Assembly: GCF_006345805.1 (NCBI RefSeq)
Contig: NC_042998.1
Location: 62,434,001 to 62,498,000, forward strand
Length of the DNA: 64,000 nt
Direction of reading: 5' to 3'
Source: Octopus sinensis
Lineage: Eukaryota
This document shows, one piece after another, positions 1-12,029 of this stretch (position 1 is its first letter; every line of letters begins with the position of its first letter). The notes under the pieces were generated by a model. The model made no database searches. It was not told the DNA's origin and saw only the letters and a list, made by a program, of their open reading frames with translations. The position numbers and the translations under genes are program-made.

Positions 1-137
1 TCTTTTTTTCATGCATTTCCATTTACTAAATATGAATCAACTTGAAACTTTCCCAAAGTTCAAACGCAGCGGAATCGAACCCTTGACTACGTGGTTGAAA
101 ACTGAACTCCTTAACCATACATTTCTCTCCCTCTTTC

Positions 138-168
<31 letters not shown>

Positions 169-209
169 TTATATATATATATATATATACACACACATAC
201 ACACATATA

Positions 210-610
210 GGCGCAGGAGTGGGTGTGTGGAAAGAGGCTTGCTTCCGAACAACATGGTTCCGGGTTCAGTCCCACTGCGTGGCACCTTGGGCAAGTCTCT
301 TTTACTATAGCCTCGGGCCGACCATAACCTTGTGAGTGGATTTGGTAGACGGAAACTGAAAGAAGCCCATCATATATATATATATATATATGTGTGTGTG
401 TATTAGTGTTTGTGTTTGTACCTCCCCCATCACTTGACAAGCGTTGTTGGTGTGTTTACTTCCTCGTAATTTAGCGGTTCGGCAAAAGAGAACCTATGGA
501 ATAAATACTAGACTTACAAAGAATATCCCTGGGGTCGATTTGTTCGACTGAAAGCGGTGCACCTGCACGGCCGCAGTCAAATGACTAAAACAAGTAAAAG
601 AATAAAAGAA
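210..610 (+). mobile_element. SINE family A (tRNA-like head, internal TA/TG microsatellite)
   Basis: GCGCAGGAGTGG...GGTTCAGTCCC (A/B-box-like head), GCCTTGTGAGTGGATTTGGTAGACGGAAACTGAAAGAAGCC core, tail ...GAAACAAGTAAAAGAATAAAAG; about 12 copies in window. Confidence 0.85.
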
Positions 611-611
611 T

Positions 612-625
612 ACACACACACAATC

Positions 626-680
<55 letters not shown>
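612..680. repeat. (CA)n microsatellite
   Basis: Direct reading. Confidence 0.95.
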
Positions 681-683
<3 letters not shown>

Positions 684-689
684 GGTTCA

Positions 690-870
690 AAATTATACAA
701 AAAACGAAAGACAAGAGACAGAGACATGAAAGAGTATAACAAACAAGTTGTATTAGTTTGACGCTTAGGAAAAATGCAAGAAGTCTTTGACGTTTCGAGC
801 CTACGCTCTTCTACAGAAAGGAATGAGGAGAGAAAACAGAAAACGTCTACGGAATAACTGTTGCACATAT
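690..870 (-). mobile_element. Short non-coding Penelope-like-derived repeat
   Basis: Shares GCTCGAAACGT...CCT(G/A)AGCGT...TAATAC with 13753-13866, 43215-43505 and 51625-51790; PLE affinity inferred from the HHR-like motif. Confidence 0.55.
785..820 (-). ncRNA. Atypical minimal hammerhead-like motif
   Basis: Minus strand reads CUUU-CUGUAGA-A-GAGC(GUAG)GCUC-GAAAC-GUC-AAAG; core deviates from CUGANGA and stem III has no loop. Confidence 0.45.
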
Positions 871-1835
871 TTTGCGCGTGTTGAATTGTGTGTATATGAC
901 ATATGTACATATACACCCACGTGCACACATACACAGCATGGTTTTGATTGTAGATTAGCTACGTTCGCATTCGTAAAAGTGATGTACTTTCATATTTTTC
1001 GTAAGTGTAAAGAATTATAGTCTAGAAGGTGAGTAACTTTGGTGCAAAGGAATCACGGAATTTCATCACCCGGTAGATGCTTGATTCGAATTCCGTTGCT
1101 GACTGCTCTTGTTTTTTTTTCCGCATTCAGGGTTTATTATAAAAAATTTTACCCGCTATATTATACGTCATTATTCATAGTTACAAGTTACATTGACATT
1201 CGATCAATTTTGTAAAACACACACTCGCATCACGCGCACACACACACACACACACACCACACACACACACACACATACACAAAAATCCTTTTGATTTTTC
1301 TTTCTTTCCCGTTCTTCCACTAATCCTTCAATCCCCCCCGTCCCCCACACCTCTCTCCTCCTTCCACGTGACCGGTTTTTGGCCAGCCATGATCTTTCTT
1401 GGCTTGACTGCCGACCACCAACATCTCTTATGTCCATCTCCTATGTTCCTGCCTCAAAGCTTTCACACACGCCAGCCCAATTTGATTTGTTCTCATTAGT
1501 CGAAAGACACCTGTTATTATATTCTTGTTGCTTGTATTTGTAATTGTGTAATATTTTCTCCGTGTTTTGTCTTTGCTGTCGCACACATTCGCTTGCTTTC
1601 TTACAAAGAATCTATTGGTCTTAGATGAGGGGCAACCAAATTTGAACTGTCTCAAGTGTAAATTTCCGAAACTGTAAGGACAATGTCGAAACTTGACTGA
1701 TGAAAGAAGGCCACGAATGACCCATCCGGTCCCTCTATTTGTTGTTTTCCCTGTCCGCCTTTGTATCGGCTATTTCTCCGGATGTTTTATTGTCCTCTAT
1801 TTCGTTTTTGCTCTATTTTATATATATATATATAT

Positions 1836-2162
1836 ATACTAAGAATAAAGGGTTTAGGTCACGAATTGCCTTACCACATACCGAATTTAGAAAGAGCAGT
1901 CAAAGGGTATAGCTATTTCTTCTACTAAAAGGGGAGATCTCAGTAAAAACACAGCAATTGGAAGGCAGACCCCTATATATGCATGTGTAGTAGTGACATG
2001 TAATCTGTTATTGTTTTGTGAAGAACTGTCTGCCTTCCAATTGCTGTTTTTACTGAGATCTCCCCTTTTAGTAGAAGAAATAGCTATAACCCTTTGACTG
2101 CTCTTTTCTAAATTCGGTATGTGGTAAGGCAATTCGTTGCTAAACCCTTTATTGCTTAGTAT
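1836..2162. repeat. Inverted repeat, arms about 135 bp (1836-1970 / 2028-2162), 57-bp spacer
   Basis: Left arm TACTAAG..GAAGGCAGAC is the reverse complement of right arm GTCTGCCTTC..CTTAGTA, with a few indels. Confidence 0.9.
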
Positions 2163-2263
2163 TACTTAAATTTTCCTCGAATGAGGCTTTTACATGCCGA
2201 AGACTACTTGGTGTAATTGATAATTATTCCAAATTAATAATTTTCACCCTTCATTATTACGGA

Positions 2264-2270
<7 letters not shown>
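1975..2270 (-). mobile_element. TA-flanked non-coding dispersed repeat (second copy 33938-34180), likely a PLE terminal repeat
   Basis: Near-identical copy at 33938-34180; 1980-2030 matches 3240-3290, which adjoins a decayed RT remnant. Confidence 0.6.
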
Positions 2271-2304
<34 letters not shown>

Positions 2305-2309
<5 letters not shown>

Positions 2310-2615
2310 CGTCACCCGTCACCGTCACCGACCAAGCTATCAGATGTTGCTACACATCGCTGGTCACAAAGCGCTTCGCATTGTTTTAGCCTTCAAATGA
2401 CGTTACCCCGCTGGCTAAGCGAGCAGGCTAACAGAAGAAAGAGAGAGAGAAAGTTGTGGCGAAAGAGTACAGCAGGGATCGCCCCCCCCCTGCCGGAGCA
2501 TCGTGGAGCTTTAGGTGTTGTCGCTCAATAAACACTCACAACGCCCGGTCTGGGAATCGAAACTGCGATCCTACGACCGCGAGTCCGCTGCCCTAACCAC
2601 TGGGCCATTGCGCCT

Positions 2616-2617
<2 letters not shown>
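2305..2617 (-). mobile_element. SINE family C
   Basis: Minus strand GGAGGCGCAATGGCCCAGTGGTTAGGGCAGCGGACTCGCGGTCGTAGGATCGCAGTTTCGATTCCC tRNA-like head; matches 13116-13420. Confidence 0.85.
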
Positions 2618-2646
<29 letters not shown>

Positions 2647-2857
2647 CGTGGTCTGATTGACAAAGATTGGCATAGATTGACCTTGAAATGCGACGATCAC
2701 ACGCTACACAGCTTCCTTACAAGCACTGCTGTAAATAATGGAAGTGAGTAGAACGTTAAAACTTGGTGCCATGCACAGTATATTTCAAGACCACTCTGCG
2801 TGCTTTAGCTTCGTTACTATGGAAACAGTCCGATACTTATTGATCAGACCTCGTGTG

Positions 2858-2889
<32 letters not shown>

Positions 2890-2982
2890 TCTATATATAT
2901 TATATTATTATATATATAAATATATATTATATATATATATTATAATATATATATATTATATATATATGTATATGTATATATA

Positions 2983-3209
2983 GCCAGGCCATGTACCCGG
3001 TTTCCCGGTTTCAATAGCGTATGTGTTCCTTAGTTGGACGGGACGCCAGTCCATCGCAGCGTTACTAATTTTTGCCAGCTGAGTGGACTGGAGCAACGTG
3101 AAATGAAGTGTTTTGCTTAAGAACACAACGCGTCACCCGGTCCAGGAATCGAAACCACAATCTTTAGGTCATGATGTTGACACCCTAACCACTAAGCCAC
3201 GCGCCTCCA
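2983..3209 (-). mobile_element. SINE family D
   Basis: Minus strand GGAGGCGCGTGGCTTAGTGGTTAGGGTG head followed by the TTTCACGTTGCTCCAGTCCACTCAGCT central domain. Confidence 0.8.
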
Positions 3210-3239
3210 CTTATATATATATATATACATATATATATG

Positions 3240-3650
3240 CATGTGTAGTAGTGACATGGTAATCTGTTATCTGTTTGTGAAGAACTGTCAGGTTTTCTTG
3301 GTTTGTTATTTCTTGCCAAAGACAAGTGATGCCTTAGTTTAGTATACTTATCGGGAAAAGTAAAGACGAAATACAAGAAGAATATTAAGAATCATTTATA
3401 TAACGAAAGTCATTTTATCTTCTAAATCTTGTTAATTAGATACTCAACACGAAGAAAATAGTCTGAGAATTTCTAAACTCGTATCAACTTACTAATACCG
3501 GAAGCTCCTTCGAAGTTTTTCACCTGCTTCTGATGAAACTAATATTTCTACAATATTTAAATGCATTGTTTTGATGGCTTAAAATAAGTCATCTAAATAT
3601 CACTTAGAAAGCTTGTTGAATGGTTTAGTGAAACCAATTTCTCTAAAACT
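3240..3650 (-). pseudogene. Highly decayed Penelope-like (possibly Naiad-type) reverse transcriptase remnant plus 3' terminal segment
   Basis: Minus strand 3602-3582 reads *(R)YLDDLF (TGA from CGA), followed by frameshifted AINNNAF-, F(L)DLSI- and DK(R)DDF-like segments (3419-3405). Confidence 0.4.
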
Positions 3651-3671
3651 TATTTATTTTAGGTTTATCCA

Positions 3672-3845
3672 GGGCGGCGAGCTGGCAGAATCGTTAGTAC
3701 TCCGGTCATAATGGTTGGCAGCATTTCTTCTGGCTTTACGTTCTGAGTTCAAATGTCGCTGTGGTCTACTTGACATATATTCTTTCAGGGTTGATAAAAT
3801 AAGTACCAGTTGATCACTGGGCTCGGAAAAATAGTACCACAAGCA
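3672..3845 (+). mobile_element. SINE family B, diverged
   Basis: GGCGGCGAGCTGGCAGAA...TTCTGAGTTCAAAT...GATAAAATAAGTACCAG. Confidence 0.7.
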
Positions 3846-4230
3846 CACATACTCATATATATATATATATATAAGCAAAAATGTCAGTACTAAATTCTCT
3901 CTAAGATAACGCTGTAGTTGTATTCACAAGTAATATTCGTAGCCACTTTAACATGGTTGTCCGTTCGAGCAGATACTGCGATTTTTTAACCCCCAAGAGG
4001 ACATCTCGTCTAGCTGGTTAACGATGCACAGCTGCGTCCGATGCATTCTATTGGATGCAGCTAGAGGAGGTGTCCTCTTGGGGATTAAAAAATCGCAGTA
4101 GAGTCTGCTCGAAGGATAGCCATGTTAAAGTGGCTATGAATATAAATATACATATATATATATATATCTGATATATATATATCTATATATATATATATAC
4201 ATACATACATACATACATACATGCATAGAT

Positions 4231-4280
<50 letters not shown>

Positions 4281-4281
4281 T

Positions 4282-4628
4282 GAAAGAGCATGGCTCAGTG
4301 GTTAGAGCGTCGAGCTTACGATCGTGAAGTTGTGAGTTCGAATCCTAGACCGGGCTGCGTGTTGTGTTCTTGAGCAAAACACCTTATTTCACGTTGCTCC
4401 AGTCCACTCAGCTGTAGAAATGAGTTGCGATGTCACAGGTGCCAAGCTGTATCGGCCTTTGCCTTTCCCTTGGATAACACTGGTGGCGTGGCGTGGTGAG
4501 GGAAGGCTGGTATACATGGGCGACTGTTGGTCTTCCATGGGCGACTGCTGGTCCTTGCCCGGACTTGTGTCTGGGAGGGTAACTTTCTAGGTGCAATCCC
4601 ATGGTCAGTCATGACCGAAGGGGGTCTC
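4282..4628 (+). mobile_element. SINE family D head with alternative tail
   Basis: GCATGGCTCAGTGGTTAGAGCG...GTTCGAATCC head; tail ...CCCATGGTCAGTCATGACCGAAGGGGGTCTC shared with 11212-11538 and 49659-49980. Confidence 0.8.
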
Positions 4629-5087
4629 AGCATATATATATATCTGGTGAATGCTCGATGCTGTTGATTGGGAAAGACGCTGGTCACGTCTTTTCTGAGG
4701 TGCGGTTAACAAACCGCGAAACGGCCTGTTCAGGTGACAACCACATCTATTTTTTTCTTTACGTCAATTGCATAGAAAGATTTGATTACATTCATATTTC
4801 TCTCTCAGTGATATGTATAAATGTATAAATTTATGCCCCGCGCCTCTGCTTTGGCAGTTTCATACACAAAATAGACAACTCCCTTCTCTTCTACCTGTTT
4901 AGGAGGGGTAGCATTAAAATGGTAAACGGTATTGTCAGTTCTTTTTATGACTGAGCTTAATTTGTTCTGAGTCTTAGATCGCATTCCCTTACTCTTCAAT
5001 GCTCAATGTATCTAACTTCATGAATTAAAACTATGAAAGGTATTCCTTATCTGCAGTCATGTTAACATCAATATTCAGATATCTTAA

Positions 5088-5520
5088 AGGAGGCGAGCTG
5101 GCAGAAACGTTAGCACGATGGGCGAAATGCTTAGCGGTATTTCGTCTGCCGTTACATTCAGAGTTCAAATTCCGCCGAGGTCGACTTTGCCTTTCATCCT
5201 TTCGGGGTCGATAAATTCAGTACCAGTCCCGCACTGGGGTCGATGTAATCGACTTAATCCCTTTGTCTGTCCTTGTTTGTCTCCTCTATGTTTAGCCCCT
5301 TGTGGGCAATAAAGAAATAAGAAACGTTAGCATGCCGGGCGAAATGCTTAGCGGTATTTCGTCCGTCTTAACGTCCTGAGTTCAAATTCCGCTGAGGTTG
5401 GCTTCGCCTGGCATCCTTTCGGGGCCGATAAATTAAGTACCAGTTGCGTTCTGGGTCGATCTAATCGACTGTCCTCCTTTCTCAAGATCTCGGGCTTTGT
5501 GCCTAGAGTAGAAAAGAATA
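5088..5520 (+). mobile_element. SINE family B, dimeric (Nin-domain-like)
   Basis: Two tandem AACGTTAGCA..GAGTTCAAATTCCGCCGAGGTCGACTTTGCCTTTCATCCTTTCGGGGTCGATAAATTAAGTACC-type units. Confidence 0.85.
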
Positions 5521-5529
5521 TTCAGATAT

Positions 5530-5843
5530 CTTTTACTTGTTTCAATCATTAGACTGCGGCCATGCAGGGGCACCGCCCTGAAGGATTTTTTAGTGCAATG
5601 AATCGCCACCCCCATTACTTATGGTTTAAAGCCTGGTACTCATTTTATTGGTCTCATTTACCGAACCATGATGTCACGGGGAAATGAACGCACCAACACC
5701 GGTTGTCATGCGGTTGTGGGGGGGGGGGAGAGAACACAGACAAAGACACACAAGCAATTACACACACGCGTGCATATATGTATATATATATTCATATATA
5801 TATATATTTATATATTATGTATATATATATGTATATATATATG

Positions 5844-5897
<54 letters not shown>

Positions 5898-5912
5898 TAT
5901 ATATAGTGTGTT

Positions 5913-5957
<45 letters not shown>

Positions 5958-6112
5958 ATCTTCGACAGGCTTCCTTCAATTTCCGTCTACCAAATACACT
6001 CACAAGGCTTTGGTATGCCCAAGGCTATAGCAGAAGACGCTTGCCCAAAGGATTGAACCCGGAACCATGTGGTTGGGAAGTAAGCTTCTTACCATACAGC
6101 CACCCCTGCGCC
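5530..6112 (-). mobile_element. SINE family A with expanded internal microsatellite
   Basis: Reverse complement of family A head at 6112-5965 and tail at 5750-5530. Confidence 0.8.
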
Positions 6113-6649
6113 AATACATAATCTATTTTCTGAGTTCGTTATGAAAAATACAAAAACAAAAAAGAACAACAAAAAGACAAGAAATTAATTCTGTGATTGT
6201 CTCAACATGGATTATCATAATCATAAACAAACAAGATTTAACTGATATTATCTTCATGCTTGATGCTGTCAGTCCACCTGGTGATGCATCTTCAATAAAT
6301 GTCATTGAATCATACACATGCAATCAGCTTGGATATTCTATAATTGACAAAAGTCCCATTTATTTGGAAAGGAAATTCGCACTTATCTATTAGTGTGTGA
6401 AAATATGGGACATCCACTTCAGTGTATTCTACATAGGGAAATACCATTGTTTCAACTATCAAAATCTGTCGGAATAAGATGATTTGGCGCAGTTGCAGTT
6501 TGCACGCTGACGGTTTAACACGGCCGACTGGACTTTCAACTTATTTAGGAACGGTACGTTTTGGCACTGGAGGGTGTTTGCTCACACACATTCACGCATG
6601 GAAATATGCCCACGCAAATAGATAAATAAATAGCAGAGAGAAAACTAGC

Positions 6650-6905
6650 ACAGAACAACCTGCTCGTGTTATTTAACAGGCAAGTGAATGAGCACCACAC
6701 AAATGTTCGTGCTCTTAACGTAGTTCTCAGCGTAAAACAGAATGTGATAAAGCAGACCCTTTGAAATACAGGTGCTCATACTACACATTTTTGCCAGTTG
6801 ACTGGACTAGAGCAACGTAAAATAAGGTGTCTTGCTAAAGGACACAAAGCGCCTCCGGGAATCGATCGTGAGCCGAATACTCTAAGGTGAGCCACGCACC
6901 TTCAC
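6650..6905 (-). mobile_element. SINE family D head plus C-type tail, diverged
   Basis: CCCTTTGAAATACAGGT...GACTGGACTAGAGCAACGTAAAATAAG...GAGCCACGCACC. Confidence 0.65.
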
Positions 6906-8057
6906 TACATACAAACATAACTAGATTCTCACAGACATAAAAAAAAATGAGAGTTAGAGACTGGGTGAGATCGAGAGAAATATTAAAACAAAAGAAACAT
7001 TAAAACGAGGTCTGATGTCAAATAAGTCAGCACCGAATCAGCGACGCCAAAACAGCTAAACCAAAACATTTTATACCCAATAACTAAAAATCGAAGGTGA
7101 TCTATCTAATTTCGAAATCTTACAAGCTGATTCAACAGGATTCTGAAGAAGCGGTAGAAAGATTCAGAATTTTGTATGCATTTAAAATGGTTGCGCTATA
7201 TTCAGAACCACTTTAATTAAAACTCAGTGGTGCAATGGCATTTTTCACACATGTACAAATAAATAACGATGTAATATGGACCACAGTTCAATGCAAAAAG
7301 CAGCATTCAAAAACTCATCACTTTCAAAAAACATATACACAAAACTAACTGGTTTTTCATTGATTTACGGCGCTGAAATGAACTTCTCTGCATTTCTACC
7401 ATATTAACAGCATTAACAATACTATTCTACATACTATTACCACTTCCCCCTCATTCTAGAATGGACTCGGCAATGAACGAATGGAAAGATCTTTCCTGAT
7501 TATAGCGTTTTTACTTTATAGCACTAGACAGTTCTTATCTTCGCCTCTAAAGAGGCCATTCACGTGGAAAGAAAAATTAATCGGTTGCTCATCTAATCCG
7601 CAACGCTTTACCAAAGGATTGGTTTCTTTTTCCCTTTCCCTCTCATGTAGATGCTACAACACTTGACCAACAACGAAGTTCACAGCCGCCATTTTAATAC
7701 TGTTTTGATCCCGGCCAATCCTTTAGAAGATTGAGAGTGCTGATATATAATACATCGATGATAAATGAGAAATGATATTTCTCGTTCAGTATGAAACCAA
7801 TAATCAAGAGATATGGCAGACAATTTCTGTGTCTGTCGTCAACGTTTGAGTTTGAATGAAATGTTTTTGAAACCAAGTTTCAAGATTGATAGTCGCAGTG
7901 GAAAGAAAGAAAGAAAGAATATACATAAATTGTGTGTGAAAAATAAAATGAATTATTCTGAGCACATTCAGATATGAATACGCATAAAAGAAGGAAAAAA
8001 AACGATATGTATGCATTTATACATACATACATACATTACATATATATATATATATAG

Positions 8058-8090
<33 letters not shown>

Positions 8091-8120
8091 GTGTGTGTTG
8101 TGTGTGTGTGTGTGGTGTGT

Positions 8121-8153
<33 letters not shown>

Positions 8154-8486
8154 ATCAAAGAAAGCAAAATATCAGGTGCTGTATGGGTATACCTATATAA
8201 AAACTTATCAAATAATTAAGATAGATATATCTACGTACTGTCACAGAAGATGGAATCAATGGATGCAAGTCTTGAAAATCCCAGAAACAGCTAACTATAA
8301 TTTATGTGCTCATATAGATGCAGACGTATTAAATATCAATAATCTATATCTACACACACACACACACACACATGCACACCACATGTACACACACACAATA
8401 CACACACACATACACACACATACACAAACACACACACAAACACACCGCACACACACACACACACCATACGCGTGTGTATATATATA

Positions 8487-9680
8487 TGGTGCGATTGTTA
8501 AATTATCTCCATTTTATATTTTTAATCTCGTGCATGCGCATTGTTTTTGATTTTCTCGACTATACAGTATAGTAGGGTTAGTTGGGCACCGTCTGTGATA
8601 AAAACAACTCCATGACGCAATTCACTCTGCTAGAAATTTGGAAGCGACATGCTGTACTGCTTAGCATTCACGCTGTAAGCTCCAATACGAACATTTCAGA
8701 GCTTTTGAGTGTCAATCTGAGGCCAGTGCAGAAGATTCGGATTGAGTTGGATGAGTCTAATAGTGATTACGAAGGTACGGCAGCTCAGAAAACTCACTCT
8801 GAACGTTCTGATAAGAAAAGAACTCTTGAATTTGAGGGTGAAATCCAGGCTATGATTGATGACAATCCCTCCAAGTCAATCAGGTCCATCACCGGGGACA
8901 TGGGAGTGTCTTAATCTCTTATGAGGCAGGTAGTACATGAAGACATTCGGTATTCCTCATACAAGATGCGAAAGGGCCAATTTTTATCCCAAACCATCAA
9001 GGACAAGAGGAAAGACCGTGCTATAAAGCTTTGCTTTTGAACAAACTCAAGCATCTCCTCCAACCGAACATGCTTTAGTTTTTCTCATACGAGAAAAAAT
9101 TTCTGCCAGGTGAACATACAGAACAATCGTTGACTTGCTGTTTCTTCAAAACATGTACCGAGAGTGATAAAAATCAAACATCCAGCAACATCATGAGTGT
9201 TTGGAGTGATCACTAGTGATGGCGACGTTATGCCTCCGTTCATATTCCCTCTGCCTGGAGGAGGCAGTGCTGTCCCGGGTCGAGCGTGTCTACTAGAAGA
9301 CCCTATGTCTGGCAACAGGACTCTGCATCATGCCACACAAACAGGAGAACCCAATCATGGCTGTCAGACATTTTCCACGATCACATCACCCCTAACGTTT
9401 AGCCACCTAACTCATCAGACTGCAACCCCCTTGATTATTATGTGCGGTGTGGAGTTGAGCGAGAGACCAACAAAACTCTTTGTAACACCAAAGATGAACT
9501 GAAAGCAAGGATTATAGCAGCATTCATCAACTCAAGGAGGCTGTTAAGAAGAGTTGCAGGAGATTCTGAAGTCTCTGGAGGCCGTGGTTGAAGCCAATGG
9601 CGATTTTATTGAATAAATTTACTCTAGTATTTCAAGATATTTTTATGCAATTTTGGTAAATATATCTGTTAAAATGTGAT
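8487..9680 (+). mobile_element. Defective Tc1/mariner DD37D (maT-type) transposon
   Basis: Transposase pieces with stops, frameshifts and an internal deletion: HTH region (8582-8914), FGVITSDGDVMPPFIFP, WQQDSASCHT...V*PPNSSDCNPLDYY with exactly 37 residues between the second and third D. Confidence 0.85.
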
Positions 9681-10975
9681 ACATATACACACACACAACA
9701 CACACACAACACACACACACACATATATATATATATGTGTGATACACACACACACACACATATATGTGTGATACACACACACACACATATATATATATAT
9801 GTGTGGAGAGAGAGAGAGAAGAAAGAGAGAGAGAGAGAGGGAGAGAAAGATTGATAGATACATATACATTATATCATATATATAATGTTACTTTAGCTGT
9901 TATAGTTTATTTATAATTACTAGTTTTAACCATTATTGTTTATACTTATATGAAATCGTAGCAAATAGACTTTGATACTCTTACTGTTTCTGCCAAGTTA
10001 CATTCATAACAAAATGTCCGTCAGTATAAGACAACGGTAGAAGCGATAAATGCCAAGGTGCAGCATCGAACTCGGTACCAAACGGAATGTTCGTCCATTT
10101 TCTCAACCATAGAGTTATTAACTCTTAATGGATATTAAGTGTTTAGAGAAAAAACCCGACAAAACCAAATGATCTCAATTTTAGATGTTTCACCGCTAAG
10201 ATAAACCATACGCTCTTTCTCTCGCCCGCCATGTTTTAATTTTAATCGACCACAAAGACGGAGATACGTTCATCTTTATTGATTTGCATTGAAGCTTGAA
10301 ATTTCATGTGATTCCATGCGGAAATTGTCTTGGTTAAATCCTCCTTTAATCATTGATAGTTTAGTTTAAGTTCAGTTAAAGTATAATTATTTTATTTATA
10401 TGATTCCTAGTACTAGAGGCGAAATCGTTTTTATCGGTTAGATCAACGAAAGCAGTGAGGTGGTTAAAGATGTAGATTTATTATGATATTATCACTTCAT
10501 CTTAGAACATCTTAACAATAAAAATCTACCCATGTTTTCGTCAACAAAGGAAATGAAATCTATATAAAGATTTTTCTGGCGGAAATTTGCGTGACACCAC
10601 ACACACACACACACACACACAAGCTACACATATACACAAACAAGTGTGTGTGTACAGACATATGTAAGTGTATATATATCAATGTAATATATACGCATAA
10701 AAAAAATGTATGTATGTATGTATGTATGTATGTATGTATGTATGTATTTAAAAGTATCTGCTTAAATACGAGGCACGCATACAAATATATAAATGCCTCC
10801 AGAATATAAAAAACAAGCGTGCGTAACATTTTCATATATTCATATATATTCATAAATATACATACATATCTATAAATATAGATGTATATGAATTTATATT
10901 TATGTGTTTACGAATACACTTATTATATGTGTGTGTGTGTGTGTGGTGTGTGTGCGCGCGCGTGTGTGTATAAAG

Positions 10976-11008
<33 letters not shown>

Positions 11009-11022
11009 TGTATGTATGTATG

Positions 11023-11065
<43 letters not shown>

Positions 11066-11211
11066 ATATACACACACAGTCATTTCAAAAGTAAATAGAT
11101 GCTATTATGTTTGAAAGAATGAATTCTAGAAGCTAAATAATGTTACTTAAATACTTACTCGCGTAGCAAGTCTTATGAGGTCAGGTAACAGTAAGGTAAG
11201 ACTTTCTCCGG

Positions 11212-11538
11212 TCCTAAATGACCATGATATTGTACCTGGAAAATGACCCCCACCACGAAGCACAAGTCCGAGCAAGTTTGTTCATGGAAGACCAGTAGTC
11301 GCTCATACATACCAGCCTCCTGTATCTACGCCACTGATGCTGTCCAAGGAAAAGGTAAAGGCCGATACAGTTTGGCCCCAGTGACGTCACATCTCATTTC
11401 TACAGCTGAATGAATTGGAGCAAAATAAAAGAAAGTGTCTTGCTCATGAACACAAAGTACAGCCAGATCCCAGGATCGAAATCACAAACTCATGGATTGT
11501 AATCCCGACGCTCTAACCACTGAGCCACGCGTCTTCAA
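11212..11538 (-). mobile_element. SINE family D (tail as in 4282-4628), diverged
   Basis: CCAAGGAAAAGGTAAAGGCCGATACAG...CTCTAACCACTGAGCCACGCG. Confidence 0.7.
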
Positions 11539-12029
11539 GCACATCATATACCGCTATAAATAACAGCATGTACATATTAGGTTAAAAAAAAAACTCTTTC
11601 ATGATAGAAGTCGAAATGTACCCATCGGGCTCGAATTCATATCTGTAAGCATGACAAACGTTCCACCATTGGGCCAAAACAATCATTCGAACTATCCATT
11701 TTAGAAATCTTATTCTTATCAGCAAAAATTTGTGTTATAAGAATTTTATAAACTTTCGAGAGAACGTGAAATAATTCATTTTTGGAAAAGTGGATCTCGA
11801 ATACATCACATAAAACTATAAATAATAGCCGATAAATATCAAAGGTTGAAAAACCTTTTTTGGATAGAATAAATCGAAGGCTGCTCGTAATATTCGAACT
11901 CACATCTTCTGTAGACATGATAGGTATTCTACTCTTGGAATTATTTCACTTTCTATCGAACGTCTATAAGATTCTTATGACATTATCTTAATCTAGTATT
12001 TAGTAGACATGCCTTGTGCAGTTTTTAAA

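Noticed and set aside
2175-2207. CCUCGAAUGA-GGC(8)GCC-GAAGAC, resembling a hammerhead core (also near 34095)
   Set aside because: Both conserved boxes are non-canonical and I could not find a stem I or NUH; kept only as a curiosity.
11637-11918. 93-aa minus-strand ORF in AT-rich sequence
   Set aside because: No motif recognised; possibly an old retroelement remnant but unsupported.
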